The position numbers were made by a program, and so were the translations under genes. The notes under the pieces were generated by a model. The model did not search any database, had not been told where the DNA came from, and worked only from the letters and a program-made list of their open reading frames with translations. 64,000 nt of DNA from contig CBDCGL010000011.1 of the NCBI GenBank assembly GCA_965216755.1, positions 2,048,001 through 2,112,000 on the forward strand, given 5' to 3'. Below, piece after piece: positions 28,651-38,751 of this stretch (positions within the stretch are counted from its first letter, which is position 1; each line of letters begins with the position of its first letter). This DNA is from Alphaproteobacteria bacterium (GTDB lineage Bacteria > Pseudomonadota > Alphaproteobacteria > UBA7887).

Positions 28651-29028
28651 ACGTTATCTGAGATTCGCGCAAGTTTGGTTGGGCATCGGAAAATCAATCG
28701 CGCGGTAATCCAGACAACGACGATGTTCATCGCGCTGCCGCTTACACGTTTGTGGTAGTCATCGTAGACATTTTTTGGCTTTCATTCGGCCATTGACGGA
28801 GCGCGGCAGGCCCCTCGAACGCGCCCCAACGCGAGACCGCGATATCGAGAAAGTCGCCTTGCGCACGATGTCCATGGCCTTCGTTCATCCCTTTAGGTGC
28901 CTCCCGGTTCGGCCAATGCCTTGAGAACTCCGAACCAACGATGCCACGACGTTGTGCAAGGTGAGTGAAATGACCGCAAGAAAAATGCAATTGAAATGTA
29001 AGGACAAAATTAAAACGCGGTTCGAACC

Positions 29029-29733
29029 TTATCTGTTGAGGTCCTCGTCTTCATAGCGATATCCCACCCCGTGAACGGTTCGGATGATTCTTGGGCGATG
29101 CGGACGCAGTTCCACCTTCCGACGCAGGGTGCGAATACACTGGTCGATCGCCCGACTGTTGGGCATGTAATCACGCCCCCAGCAACTGTCGTAAAGCTCA
29201 TCGCGCGACACCACTTGTCCGGCGCGGCGGTGAAGCAATCCGAGGATCGCAACCTCGCGTCGGGTCAGATCAATGCAGACCGAATTGCGATAGGCCCGTT
29301 GCGCTCTCCGATCAACGTCCAAATCGCCAATCCGAAATAGCACGACCTCGCCGCTCTGTTCCCTAGGCGCCCTATTGACGCGGCGCAGAATAGCCTTGAC
29401 CCGGGCAACAAGTTCACGTGGCGCGAATGGTTTGGTTACATAGTCGTCGGCGCCAATTTCCAGACCGACGACGCGATCGATCTCTTCGTGCCGCGCCGTC
29501 AGCACAACCAGCGGAACATCGGCATCTTCACTTCGAATAGCCCTGCAGAGGTCAAAACCATCCATTCCTGGCATCATCACATCAATGATGCAAAATGCCG
29601 GACGCTGGCGCCGAAACGTCGCCAGCGCTTCGGAGCCATCACCGACCCCGACACAGTCAAATCCTTCGGCCCGGAACAACTCGGAAATGGCATGCCGCAT
29701 CGCCGCATCATCTTCCGCAATCAACATATGCAA
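29029..29733 (-). CDS. OmpR-family response regulator
   Basis: IAEDD, IDVMMPGMDG, GADDYVTKPF, winged-helix RTVHGVGYR. Confidence 0.95.
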   Translation of the reverse strand: MHMLIAEDDAAMRHAISELFRAEGFDCVGVGDGSEALATFRRQRPAFCIIDVMMPGMDGFDLCRAIRSEDADVPLVVLTARHEEIDRVVGLEIGADDYVTKPFAPRELVARVKAILRRVNRAPREQSGEVVLFRIGDLDVDRRAQRAYRNSVCIDLTRREVAILGLLHRRAGQVVSRDELYDSCWGRDYMPNSRAIDQCIRTLRRKVELRPHRPRIIRTVHGVGYRYEDEDLNR

Positions 29734-29747
29734 TGGATGACCCTCAC

Positions 29748-31346
29748 TTATTCAGCGCGATGCCCGATCTTCAACCAGGCGACGAAGCGCGCCCCGGGAC
29801 AGGCATGTTCCACCCGCACGTCGCCACCGTTGGCCCGCGCCAATCGCCGGCACGCGGCCAATCCAAGCCCATGCCCGTCGGGTTCTTGGTTCGCCCGCAC
29901 CAACGGATCGAATATCGCTTCTGCCATGTTCGCTGGCACGCCGGCCCCATGGTCGCGAACAGCGATAAATAGGTTAGCGTCTTCTATCCAGGTTTCAGCC
30001 TCTATATCGCTGCCGGGCGCGTATTTGCGGGCGTTGTCGAGGAAATTAATGATGATGCGTTCGAATGCCGCGTGGTCAAAGAATACCGGGGCGTCGGCGC
30101 CAAGCCGCATACTGATTTGGCTGCCAACCCCGTTGAGCATTGGTAGATAGTGGCGGACCGTTTCGCCCAGGGTGTCGTTTGCATTGCCGGGCCGCAGCAT
30201 TGGCTCCGCGCACGGTCTGCCGCGTGCGACGGCCGTTGCGTCTTCGACCAAAACACCCAACCGCTTCGCCTCCGCTTCCAGAATATCGCAGTAGCTCCGG
30301 ATCACCACGTTTTCGCTAGCTTGCGCTCGGATCAGATCGCCATAGAGGCGCAAATTGGTCAGCGGCGTTCGCAGCTCATGGGAAATTTGCGCCGCCTCGC
30401 CCGCCCGGCGATATGACGCTTCAAGCCGCGATCTTTGCATGCGAAATATGTGTGCAGCTAAGAAAGCGATGATCAACAGTAAGACGACGACCGTGGCCGC
30501 GAATATTGGCCAACCCGAATTCTTGTTGGCAGTCGTGGCCAGGGGCCACGCGTTCAGGCGCCAAGCGGACAGCGGAGCCGACAACGGGCGCGCCGCGAGT
30601 ACCACACCGTGCGACCCCTGCACGCTTGCCCACAATTGGAACTCCAATTCGTCAATCAGGGCAAAGCCGAACGAGCCGCGGCCCGCGGCCCCTCTCTCCA
30701 ATGCCTCGATCGCGGCGTCGACCACCGCAGAGCGCGCAAAGACAACACACGCAATGGCGCGGCCACGGCCAAACCAACACCGGCTCGGCGCCAATCCGGC
30801 GGGAGACGCTGACATCGTCCATACGTCGTTGGGGCGACTGCTCTCTGTGCCGCCGAGCATTAGCGCCGACTTTGCTTGAGCCAAAGCTCCGGAGGAAGAT
30901 CGAGCAAACTGACGCTCGCGTGGCGTCAGAAATGCGCCCTCGGCGGCAGGAAAAAGACGTTCGCCATCCGGCGCGTAAATCGTTGCAAGTTTGATCGCCG
31001 CATCTGTGATCGCCAGATTGCCGATATCATCCGCCCGTTCAATTGCCGCATCGACACGTTGCGCAATCCGTTCGCCAAGTGCCGATATCGCGTTCAGGAT
31101 CAGCCCATCAAATTCTCTAAGTGCATCCGCGGCGGCCTGCGATCGCTCCGAGTCACTTTGGACACCGCCAAGTTCCACAACCCGACTAGCCAACACGATA
31201 ACCACCAGTGTCGGGATTAAGACCACAACCGCCAGTAGTATCGCGAGCCTACGCAAATCCGCTTGGCGCGCAAATGGCACTGTATCTTCCAATATTGGCT
31301 TAGGCGGTTCATTCGCACCAATCACGCCGTAGCCCCTGGTTGCCAT
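29748..31346 (-). CDS. membrane sensor histidine kinase
   Basis: Two TM segments, H-box SHELRTPL, N-box NFLDNARKY, DHGAG, GHGLGL. Confidence 0.92.
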   Translation of the reverse strand: MATRGYGVIGANEPPKPILEDTVPFARQADLRRLAILLAVVVLIPTLVVIVLASRVVELGGVQSDSERSQAAADALREFDGLILNAISALGERIAQRVDAAIERADDIGNLAITDAAIKLATIYAPDGERLFPAAEGAFLTPRERQFARSSSGALAQAKSALMLGGTESSRPNDVWTMSASPAGLAPSRCWFGRGRAIACVVFARSAVVDAAIEALERGAAGRGSFGFALIDELEFQLWASVQGSHGVVLAARPLSAPLSAWRLNAWPLATTANKNSGWPIFAATVVVLLLIIAFLAAHIFRMQRSRLEASYRRAGEAAQISHELRTPLTNLRLYGDLIRAQASENVVIRSYCDILEAEAKRLGVLVEDATAVARGRPCAEPMLRPGNANDTLGETVRHYLPMLNGVGSQISMRLGADAPVFFDHAAFERIIINFLDNARKYAPGSDIEAETWIEDANLFIAVRDHGAGVPANMAEAIFDPLVRANQEPDGHGLGLAACRRLARANGGDVRVEHACPGARFVAWLKIGHRAE

Positions 31347-31537
31347 CAATCAATCTAAGACACCGCACACTCCCACAAGAGTTACGCGCCTTGGCAATCC
31401 GGATCCCAACACATGATCGACCTTCAAACGGTTGGGGTTGCCATTTTCGGCCCGTGTTGCATTATGGCAAAGTGAAAAGTGGCCAATCATCAATAGTTTT
31501 TATAGCCTCCGCCGCAGCCGGCGCACGGCCAGTTTTG

Positions 31538-31933
31538 ATGATGCTCGCGACCATGATCATGGCAGCGCTCATGGCGACGTCGGCCGAAGCGGACGACGCG
31601 ACGCCTAGCGCCGAGGACCGCATGGCCGAGACGTTCCGTCGCACCATGGCGCATTGGCGATACGACTACGATGCATTGAAGCCCGGCAAAGCCGGGGTCG
31701 CCTGTATTCCGTGGGAGCAAATCGACTCGGCTTATTTGGACGAGGGGATTTTTGAAGCGCTGGGCTTTTCCTACTCAACCGCTGGTGACGACGTGGCGGT
31801 AAGGATTGCGACCGATGGCTGCGAACAAATGAAAGCCGCCGTGCGCGTTACCGATTGCGCATGCGAGGTGGTCTTGATTGATGACCGGATTGAGGTGGTC
31901 GTACCAGTGGCAACCGCAGATGCCTTGCGTTGA
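31538..31933 (+). CDS. secreted Cys-containing hypothetical protein
   Basis: Signal-like MMLATMIMAALMATSAEA; four Cys (CIPW, GCEQ, CAC); start uncertain. Confidence 0.65.
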   Translation: MMLATMIMAALMATSAEADDATPSAEDRMAETFRRTMAHWRYDYDALKPGKAGVACIPWEQIDSAYLDEGIFEALGFSYSTAGDDVAVRIATDGCEQMKAAVRVTDCACEVVLIDDRIEVVVPVATADALR

Positions 31934-32099
31934 TGGGCAAAATCGAGTGAGCGCGGACCACCGACCAAACACGCGTTGCGACCAGGCGACGATTGTGATG
32001 TCCCCGCGCGGTGCTCACCGGGTCTGCAACGGCCGCGTCGCACCATGTCGCTTTCTATTGATCCAAGGCCCTGGCGCCCACGACTTTGTCCCACAATGA
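31925..32099 (+). pseudogene. cupin gene remnant
   Basis: Frameshifted pieces CVDGQ / GPPTKHALRPGDDCDVP / RGAHRVCN...PCRFLLIQGPGAHDFVPQ resemble the C-terminal half of a cupin; no intact 5' end. Confidence 0.4.
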
Positions 32100-32853
32100 T
32101 GGCGTGCCTGTGACTCCTTTGCGTGAGCGTGGGACCGGAACACGTATGATTTGCCGATCGATGGGGCGGCTTCGAGTCTGGACAACCCCGCCGACTGGTC
32201 CGCTATAGGCAACTTGAGTATGCTGCAGCCCAATATGAATGAAACGCCGCCCAATTACGCGAGGGCCCATAGTAATTAGTCACTATTCCAATATAGCCAG
32301 TTCTTCTGTCGCGTTCGGGATATGACTGGATCATCGCCGTTCTCAGAAATCAAAATGACCACAAGGTTCGTGCGGTTAACGCCGAACGCCAACCAAGCCG
32401 CGTCTTGATATCAGGGTTCACAGGCGTTGTTCGTTCATCATTCATTTATGCGGCTGACCGATATTCGTCGTTGACCACATTTGAACAACCGCACTGGGCT
32501 CGCGCTGGGTAATGGCAATTGTCGTCAACAAACGGCAACGGCACGCAATATCCATACTTCTTGTTGGCCAATTATCACGCCGCGCTATATCGGTTTCTGT
32601 GACGTGTGAATAGGACGTGGTTCACGACTCTAGGGGGAGCACCGCACAAGGCAACGTATAGAAATTCTGGCGATTTTTTCGTAGCAGCTTTGCCCAATAT
32701 GCGCTTCTCCCCGTCTGATAATGACCCCTCCACAATCCACACCTACAGATTGTATAACCGCCGATATTACAACCTTGTGGAAACAGCGCACCCGTTGGTC
32801 GCGCGTTCAACGACAATTGTCAAATCGACCACGTCGGATCCGAGGCAAAGACG

Positions 32854-35085
32854 ATGACACAGCAAGCAAGCGCAACCGACAACATGGCCAACAGCCGAGC
32901 GAATTCTGAGCCATTATCGCAAGCCCAGGCTTGGCTCAAGCGCTTTACACTGAGCGACATGCGGATCGGCAACAGGCTCATTCTGCTGCTCGTCGTCCCT
33001 TTGGTCGCCATCATTTGGCTGGCATCTGAAGCGCTGTTGAGCCGATGGCAGATCATGGATCGCGCCCAGATGGTGGAAGAAACCACGACAGCCGCGGTCG
33101 CCATCAGCGGGGTCGTGCATGAATTTCAAAAAGAACGCGGCGCATCGGCCGTGTTTCTAGTCAGCAATGGCGCACGCTTCAGTCAGGAGCTCGCTGACCA
33201 AAAGGAATTGACCGACTCGCTCACCACGGCCTTGAATGAAGCGGTCGGAGCAGAAAATCTTGAATCGTTTGATCCTTCGATCCGCACCGCGATCGGCGAA
33301 TTCCAAGACCTCGTGTCGAGGCGCGATGCTATCCGCCAACAAGTTGCAAGCCAGAACCTGTCGATCCCTGAGATGGCCAAATACTACACTGGGGCGATTG
33401 CGGCCGGCCTAAAAGTTACAGAGATCATGGCGGCTATTCCCACGGATGGTCGCGTGGTCAACGCGGTGATCGCCTGGCACGCGCTACAGGAAGGCAAGGA
33501 ACGCGCCGGCCAAGAACGCGCCGCCGGCGCAACTGGCTTCACAAAAGGTTCGTTCCCGCTTGCGTTGCAACAGAAGTTCAAGGGCTTGATTGATAAGCAA
33601 GACACTTATTTCACGACTTTTCTGCAACGTGGCTCGTCGAAGGTCACTGAGTTCTTCGAAAAGACAATGAATGCGCCCGTCGTCGCCGAAGTCCAGCGCA
33701 TGCGCGACACGGGCTTGAGCGAATCGGCGTTACGCGGTCCATTGTCGGTCAATGGCAGCCAATGGTTCGCCACGATTACACAGAAAATCGATTTGATGAA
33801 GCAGGTCGAGGATGTCGTCGTCGCGAACTTGGTCAGTCTGGTTGGCGGTTTAGGGCAATCCGCCCAGCGCGAATTCGCGTGGCGGACAGCCATATGTTTG
33901 GCGGCTTTGGCGATTACGATTGCCTTTGCCATGGCAATTGTCCGTGGCGTGGCCGGCCCGCTGAACCGATTGACGACCGCGACTCAAGAGCTTGCCAAAG
34001 GCAATCACCGGGCCGACTTGTCAATTCCTGAAACGCGCGACGAAATCGGCGTGTTGATCGGCGCCGTCAAGGTCTTCCGGCAGAATTTGATCGACAATGA
34101 ACGCCTTCAAGCGGCCCAGCGGGAAAGCGAAGAACGGGCCAAGGCGGAAGAACTAAGGCGTCGGGAAGAACAGCGCGCCGCCGAAGCGAAAGTGGAAGAA
34201 GAGCGTCGCGCGGCCGAACAAAAGGGCCAGGCGGAACGCCGTCAAGCGATGCTTGATCTAGCGACATCATTCGAGACCCAAGTGGGCCAAGTCGTGACCG
34301 ATGTGTCCAGCGCGGCCAGCCAACTGCAAAGCACTGCGGCCAGCCTGTCGGCCAACAGTGAAGAAAGCAATCGACAGGCGACAACCGTTGCCGCGGCGTC
34401 GGAGGAAGCGACCGCAAACGTGCAAACGGTCGCATCTGCCGCCGAAGAGCTTTCGGCATCCATCGAAGAGATCTCTCGGCAGGTCGGACGCTCAAGCGAG
34501 ATCGCCGTGTCTGCGGTCAAGCAAGCCGACGAAACCAACGAGAAGGTCCAGGGCTTATCTGAGGCCGCGCAGAAAATTGACGATGTCGTAAATCTCATCA
34601 ACGACATCGCCAGCCAGACCAATCTGCTCGCGCTCAATGCGACGATTGAAGCCGCGCGCGCGGGCGAAGCCGGCAAAGGTTTTGCCGTCGTGGCCGCCGA
34701 AGTAAAATCCCTTGCCACGCAAACTGCTCGGGCGACAGACGAAATTGCCGGGCAGATCGCGGCCATTCAAATGGCAACCGGCAATGCGGTTTCGGCGATT
34801 CAAACCATCGGCAACACAATCGGCGAGATCCGAGCAATCACCGCCGATATCGAATCCGCAGTTGATCAGCAGGGTGCCGCAACACGCGAAATCGCCACCA
34901 ACGTGCAACAGGCAGCAGGCGGCACGCAGGAAGTCTCGTCCAATATCGCTGGCATCAGTCAGGCGGCGGATGAAACCGGAATTGCCACCAACCAAGTTCT
35001 TGAAGCGTCCAATTCCTTGGTTTCGCATGGAGACAAACTGCGCGCGGAAGTTGACAACTTCCTGACGACCGTTCGCGCCGCATAG
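32854..35085 (+). CDS. methyl-accepting chemotaxis protein with NIT (nitrate/nitrite-sensing) domain
   Basis: TM, NIT motifs VHEFQKERG and KERAGQERA, TM, HAMP (RDEIG), signalling hairpin IASQTNLLALNATIEAARAGEAGKGFAVVA. Confidence 0.93.
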   Translation: MTQQASATDNMANSRANSEPLSQAQAWLKRFTLSDMRIGNRLILLLVVPLVAIIWLASEALLSRWQIMDRAQMVEETTTAAVAISGVVHEFQKERGASAVFLVSNGARFSQELADQKELTDSLTTALNEAVGAENLESFDPSIRTAIGEFQDLVSRRDAIRQQVASQNLSIPEMAKYYTGAIAAGLKVTEIMAAIPTDGRVVNAVIAWHALQEGKERAGQERAAGATGFTKGSFPLALQQKFKGLIDKQDTYFTTFLQRGSSKVTEFFEKTMNAPVVAEVQRMRDTGLSESALRGPLSVNGSQWFATITQKIDLMKQVEDVVVANLVSLVGGLGQSAQREFAWRTAICLAALAITIAFAMAIVRGVAGPLNRLTTATQELAKGNHRADLSIPETRDEIGVLIGAVKVFRQNLIDNERLQAAQRESEERAKAEELRRREEQRAAEAKVEEERRAAEQKGQAERRQAMLDLATSFETQVGQVVTDVSSAASQLQSTAASLSANSEESNRQATTVAAASEEATANVQTVASAAEELSASIEEISRQVGRSSEIAVSAVKQADETNEKVQGLSEAAQKIDDVVNLINDIASQTNLLALNATIEAARAGEAGKGFAVVAAEVKSLATQTARATDEIAGQIAAIQMATGNAVSAIQTIGNTIGEIRAITADIESAVDQQGAATREIATNVQQAAGGTQEVSSNIAGISQAADETGIATNQVLEASNSLVSHGDKLRAEVDNFLTTVRAA

Positions 35086-35109
35086 CCACCATGGTTCGTC
35101 ACAACGGGT

Positions 35110-35880
35110 TCAGTTAACAATCTGCCAAGCACCGTCTGGTTGGCGACAGGCGGTGCCATAGGCCTCTTGGACACGTCCGGCGACAAACACTTCGGTCTGG
35201 TACTCGCGGCAATAGCGGCCGTCTTCGACTTGATAGGTGTGCGTCGGCGTCATCGTGTAGCGGGCGCCGGTCTCCGGACTGTCCCATACGACCTGCCGGT
35301 GGGTCGGCGCCGATTCCAAGACATGGCCCACACAGCCATAATCGACATCGTCCATGTAGGGGCCGATCGAATGTCCGATTAGGCCACCCAAAAACACGCC
35401 AGCCCCGACAGCGGCCAACTGACCGGACCCACGGCCGATTTGCGAGCCGGTCAAACCGCCGACCGCGGCACCGATCAATGCTCCAACGGCATCGCGGTTG
35501 CAGCGCCCCAAGCCTAGGTCAATGGGTGCCCGGTCATACGGCAGCGAGGCGCCGCGATGCGGGCGCAGGTCGTCATACGACGGGTACCCGCGTGCGGACC
35601 AACGTGCATGAGGACGCGCGCCCTTCGCATGGGGGCGCCCCTTGCATTTGACCTCCTCTTTGAAGCCGTGGGGGCTGGCCTTGTATTCGTATTTGCATCC
35701 GCGACCACGATATTTGTACTTGTAGTGATCGCCAGCCCATTTTTCCTCATATCGCTCATGATGGTGACCATGCCAGCCATAACCGTCGTCATGGTCCCAA
35801 CCATCTGCAGCGGCCGCGCCGGCCCGAATGACAACGGCAAAGGCGATCAAGGCAAATATGGGTACGTTTGGGCAGTGCAT
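35110..35880 (-). CDS. glycine-zipper 17-kDa surface antigen-like protein (RT0821/Lpp0805 type)
   Basis: Signal peptide, GALIGAAVGGLTGSQIGRG glycine zipper, CREYQ...YGTACRQPDGAW C-terminus. Confidence 0.85.
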   Translation of the reverse strand: MHCPNVPIFALIAFAVVIRAGAAAADGWDHDDGYGWHGHHHERYEEKWAGDHYKYKYRGRGCKYEYKASPHGFKEEVKCKGRPHAKGARPHARWSARGYPSYDDLRPHRGASLPYDRAPIDLGLGRCNRDAVGALIGAAVGGLTGSQIGRGSGQLAAVGAGVFLGGLIGHSIGPYMDDVDYGCVGHVLESAPTHRQVVWDSPETGARYTMTPTHTYQVEDGRYCREYQTEVFVAGRVQEAYGTACRQPDGAWQIVN

Positions 35881-36001
35881 TTCGTCGTTTCCCCTGCTCA
35901 GGCACTGTCTTATCGGCAGTCGCGGTGATCATGACGAATTCGCGCTGAAGGCAGACTGAACGGGGCATTCATGCAGCGTTCAGGTGTCTGAACGCGCCGG
36001 C

Positions 36002-36418
36002 TTAGTTACTTGCTGGACCCACTTCAGAATAGGGAAACGGCCCGGCCGGTATTCCTCCACCGCCTTGAACAGGGCCACCTGGCGGTGCCAAGGGGAACGG
36101 CTGCGCCCCGCCGCCGGGTCCCGACCCAGGGGCCAGAGGCAATGCCGATTTCGTCGCGTCGATCACATTGCGCAAGCCCAATTCACGACCGAGATCCGTC
36201 GCCCCGGCGGGCGCGAGCATAGCGTCTAACGCGATGCAACCCGTGGGCCGACACATGCGGACGGCGCCAGTCTCTGTATCGAGGATGAAGGCGCAAGGCT
36301 CGCCGCCACCACATGGTTGCATCGTGTAGCGTGCATCGGCGGCAGCCTTCGAGACAGGCGCTCCGACCAACGCCAACCCGATCAGCATCTCCAAAGCGCT
36401 CGCAACGGTCAATTTCAC
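36002..36418 (-). CDS. secreted hypothetical protein
   Basis: GTG start with GAAGG RBS, signal peptide, AFILDTETGAVRMC motif, Pro/Gly-rich tail. Confidence 0.55.
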   Translation of the reverse strand: MKLTVASALEMLIGLALVGAPVSKAAADARYTMQPCGGGEPCAFILDTETGAVRMCRPTGCIALDAMLAPAGATDLGRELGLRNVIDATKSALPLAPGSGPGGGAQPFPLAPPGGPVQGGGGIPAGPFPYSEVGPASN

Positions 36419-36534
36419 GGTCGTACCTTCACTCAGTAGGACTGGCGACCAAACTTGGGCCAGGCGCACAAGTCGAAACGACCAGCCGTCTTGCGGCCAG
36501 AGCCTTGCGCACACTACCATCCGCATGTGCCAAC

Positions 36535-37112
36535 ATGAAGTCGAAGGTCGTGAGGATATCGGGTATGGCGACGACGAAAGGTCTGTCCTTGGTGCTGGTG
36601 ATGGGCTTGGCCTTGCTGTGTGCTTTTGTGAGTCCCGTTGCGGCCATACGGTGAACCTGATCAAACGCGATTCGAAACGACCCGGCGGCGATATCGCGAA
36701 GACCGCAGTCCAGGAACTTGAAACGCGCGAAGATGTCGACATTTTGGCGGGCTTCGTTTACGCGCCGAATGCCATTGCCAGCGCCCAGTTGGCAACACGG
36801 GCGCCTGTGCCCATGATCGTCATGAACGCGGGCACGGCCTGGATCCCGTCTTTGTCGCCCTACATTGTCCGGGTTTCCTTCACGATGTGGTAAGCGGGAT
36901 ACCATATGGGCCCATACGCGGCCACAGATCTCGGTTGCGACACCGGCGCCATCGGCTATACCGATTGCCCGCCCGGCAAAAACAGCCTTGCTGCATTTCA
37001 ACACGGGTTCGAACAAGCCGGTGGCACGGTCATCGAAGCGATCCCCATGGGCGGGCCGCGCGAAGTTCCAGATTTCACGCCTTTCTTCCAACGGGTAAAG
37101 GCCGCGGCGCCC
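36535..37112 (+). pseudogene. branched-chain amino acid ABC substrate-binding protein pseudogene
   Basis: Signal peptide out of frame with the body (GHTVNLIKRD...MNAGTAWI...RVSFTMW); in-frame TAA at 36891; continues AGYHMG...PDFTPFFQRVKAAAP and then stops resembling the family. Confidence 0.8.
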
Positions 37113-37836
37113 CTTCGGACGTGGCCTTCAATTCGTCCTCAACTTCGCCGGCGGCAACACCCGTCGGTTGTGGGTCACCGACGGATGCAGCGCGTCAAGT
37201 TGGTTTTCCAGAAAGATTTTCCAATTTGAATGCTGGATCACCCGAAAGCAATTGGGGACGACTTCAACCTGCCCCTCCGGGGCACGGTCACACATGTCGT
37301 CGAATGCGACCCTTGCTGGCCCCAACCACTCCAACAGAGATGGGCCATCTGGAGCCAGCCGGGCAAAAACAAAGCCACGATAACTGTCGACATCCGCGGC
37401 CCCATTCATGCCGTTGGCCGGATCGTCCAGCGCAAATCGCGTGCCATCATAACCTCGGGGAAGTGGAATCGCCTTGATCGATCCGTCAAAATTGAACGAC
37501 CACGCATGGTACGAGCACACAAAACCGTGCTCTGTATTGTCATGGTGATTGCCACACAGCATGGCACCCCGATGTGGGCAGCGATTGTACAAGACGTGGA
37601 CGGCGCCATCGCCGTCTCGCACGAAAATCATCGGCTGGTGACCGACCAGGACCGTGTAATAGTCGCCGGGATTGGGAATCTGCGACTCGTGGCCGACATA
37701 AGTCCACACTTGATTGAAGATCCGCGCCATCTTCAAATCGAAAATCTCGGTGTCCGTATCGTGCCGTCGGTGGACGCGGTCGGGCCCAACCGCAGCAGCC
37801 AAATCCAATCAGTCGCTCAAATCACTGTCCGCTCAT
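37102..37836 (-). pseudogene. Rieske aromatic ring-hydroxylating oxygenase alpha subunit pseudogene
   Basis: CPHRG...CSYHAW Rieske motif and ENQLDALHPSVTH iron motif; disrupted 5' end (TGA at 37809-37811), frameshift near 37170, C-terminal half missing. Confidence 0.85.
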
Positions 37837-37838
37837 GC

Positions 37839-38450
37839 CTACGCCGTCCAACGATCGCGCGTCGGCCACCGCGCGACCAAATCGATAAACAGGGGATCAA
37901 TCTCGCCTGGCCGGGCGGCTACATCGTCTGCCAGAGGGCCGGGTGAATCGTTAAACGCCAACAGCGACATGTCAGACATGCGCATGGGATACAAGACGCC
38001 ATCAAGGTGATCGCACTCATGTTGCAACAAGGCCGCCCAGGTCCCGTGCGCCTCGTCACGCACCGTATTCCCAGCCAACGTCAAATACTCAACGCCGATC
38101 CGCGCATATCGATTGACCTTACCGTGCAGGCCCGGGATCGACAGGCAACGCTCCCACATGGGGACCGTCTCGTCGTCCAGCGGCGTCAAGACCGGATTGA
38201 TCATCACTGTCCAGGGCACCGGCTTGATCCCAGATCCCGCAGGAATGCGGGACTCGATCATGCGATAGACAACAATACGTTGACTGACAAATACTTGTGG
38301 CGCAGCGATACCGCTTGCGCCCAAGTCTTCCAATGTATCTTGCATGTCTGCCGCCAATCGCGCGACTTCCGGATCCGTCGGATCCTCAACGGGCGCGGCC
38401 ACGCGGCGCAGTATCGGATGGCCCATTTTTGCGACTTGCCGTATCGCCAT
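37839..38450 (-). CDS. def: peptide deformylase
   Basis: GIAAPQ, ERCLS (EGCLS variant), QHECDHLDG. Confidence 0.9.
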   Translation of the reverse strand: MAIRQVAKMGHPILRRVAAPVEDPTDPEVARLAADMQDTLEDLGASGIAAPQVFVSQRIVVYRMIESRIPAGSGIKPVPWTVMINPVLTPLDDETVPMWERCLSIPGLHGKVNRYARIGVEYLTLAGNTVRDEAHGTWAALLQHECDHLDGVLYPMRMSDMSLLAFNDSPGPLADDVAARPGEIDPLFIDLVARWPTRDRWTA

Positions 38451-38751
38451 GTTGTCCCCTCTTGCCGTGCTTTGCGCATCACTACAACGGATTATGCGTT
38501 ATCAGTGTGCACCATTTTACCGTCCGTCGCCCGCAACACCATGTGGCCCATTTCGATCAGATGTTCGGACTTCGCCCACGTCACGTCCACATGAAAGGTC
38601 CAACATCACCCGCTGACAGCTCATAGGGCGTGCTGTCCGGCCATTCCTGAGACGCCGCGGTCGTAATTTGCGCAAGAGTGTCGCGGCAGGCCCCCGAATT
38701 CTAGCATTCCTCTCCACATGACGTTCGCCCGCTGCTCCGTTTCCGATCGCA

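Noticed and set aside
36891-36893. Programmed readthrough or recoding at the in-frame stop
   Set aside because: The codon is TAA and the gene has other lesions, so simple pseudogenisation is more likely
38490-38720. Possible gene fragment between def and the monooxygenase
   Set aside because: Short broken frames with no family I can support
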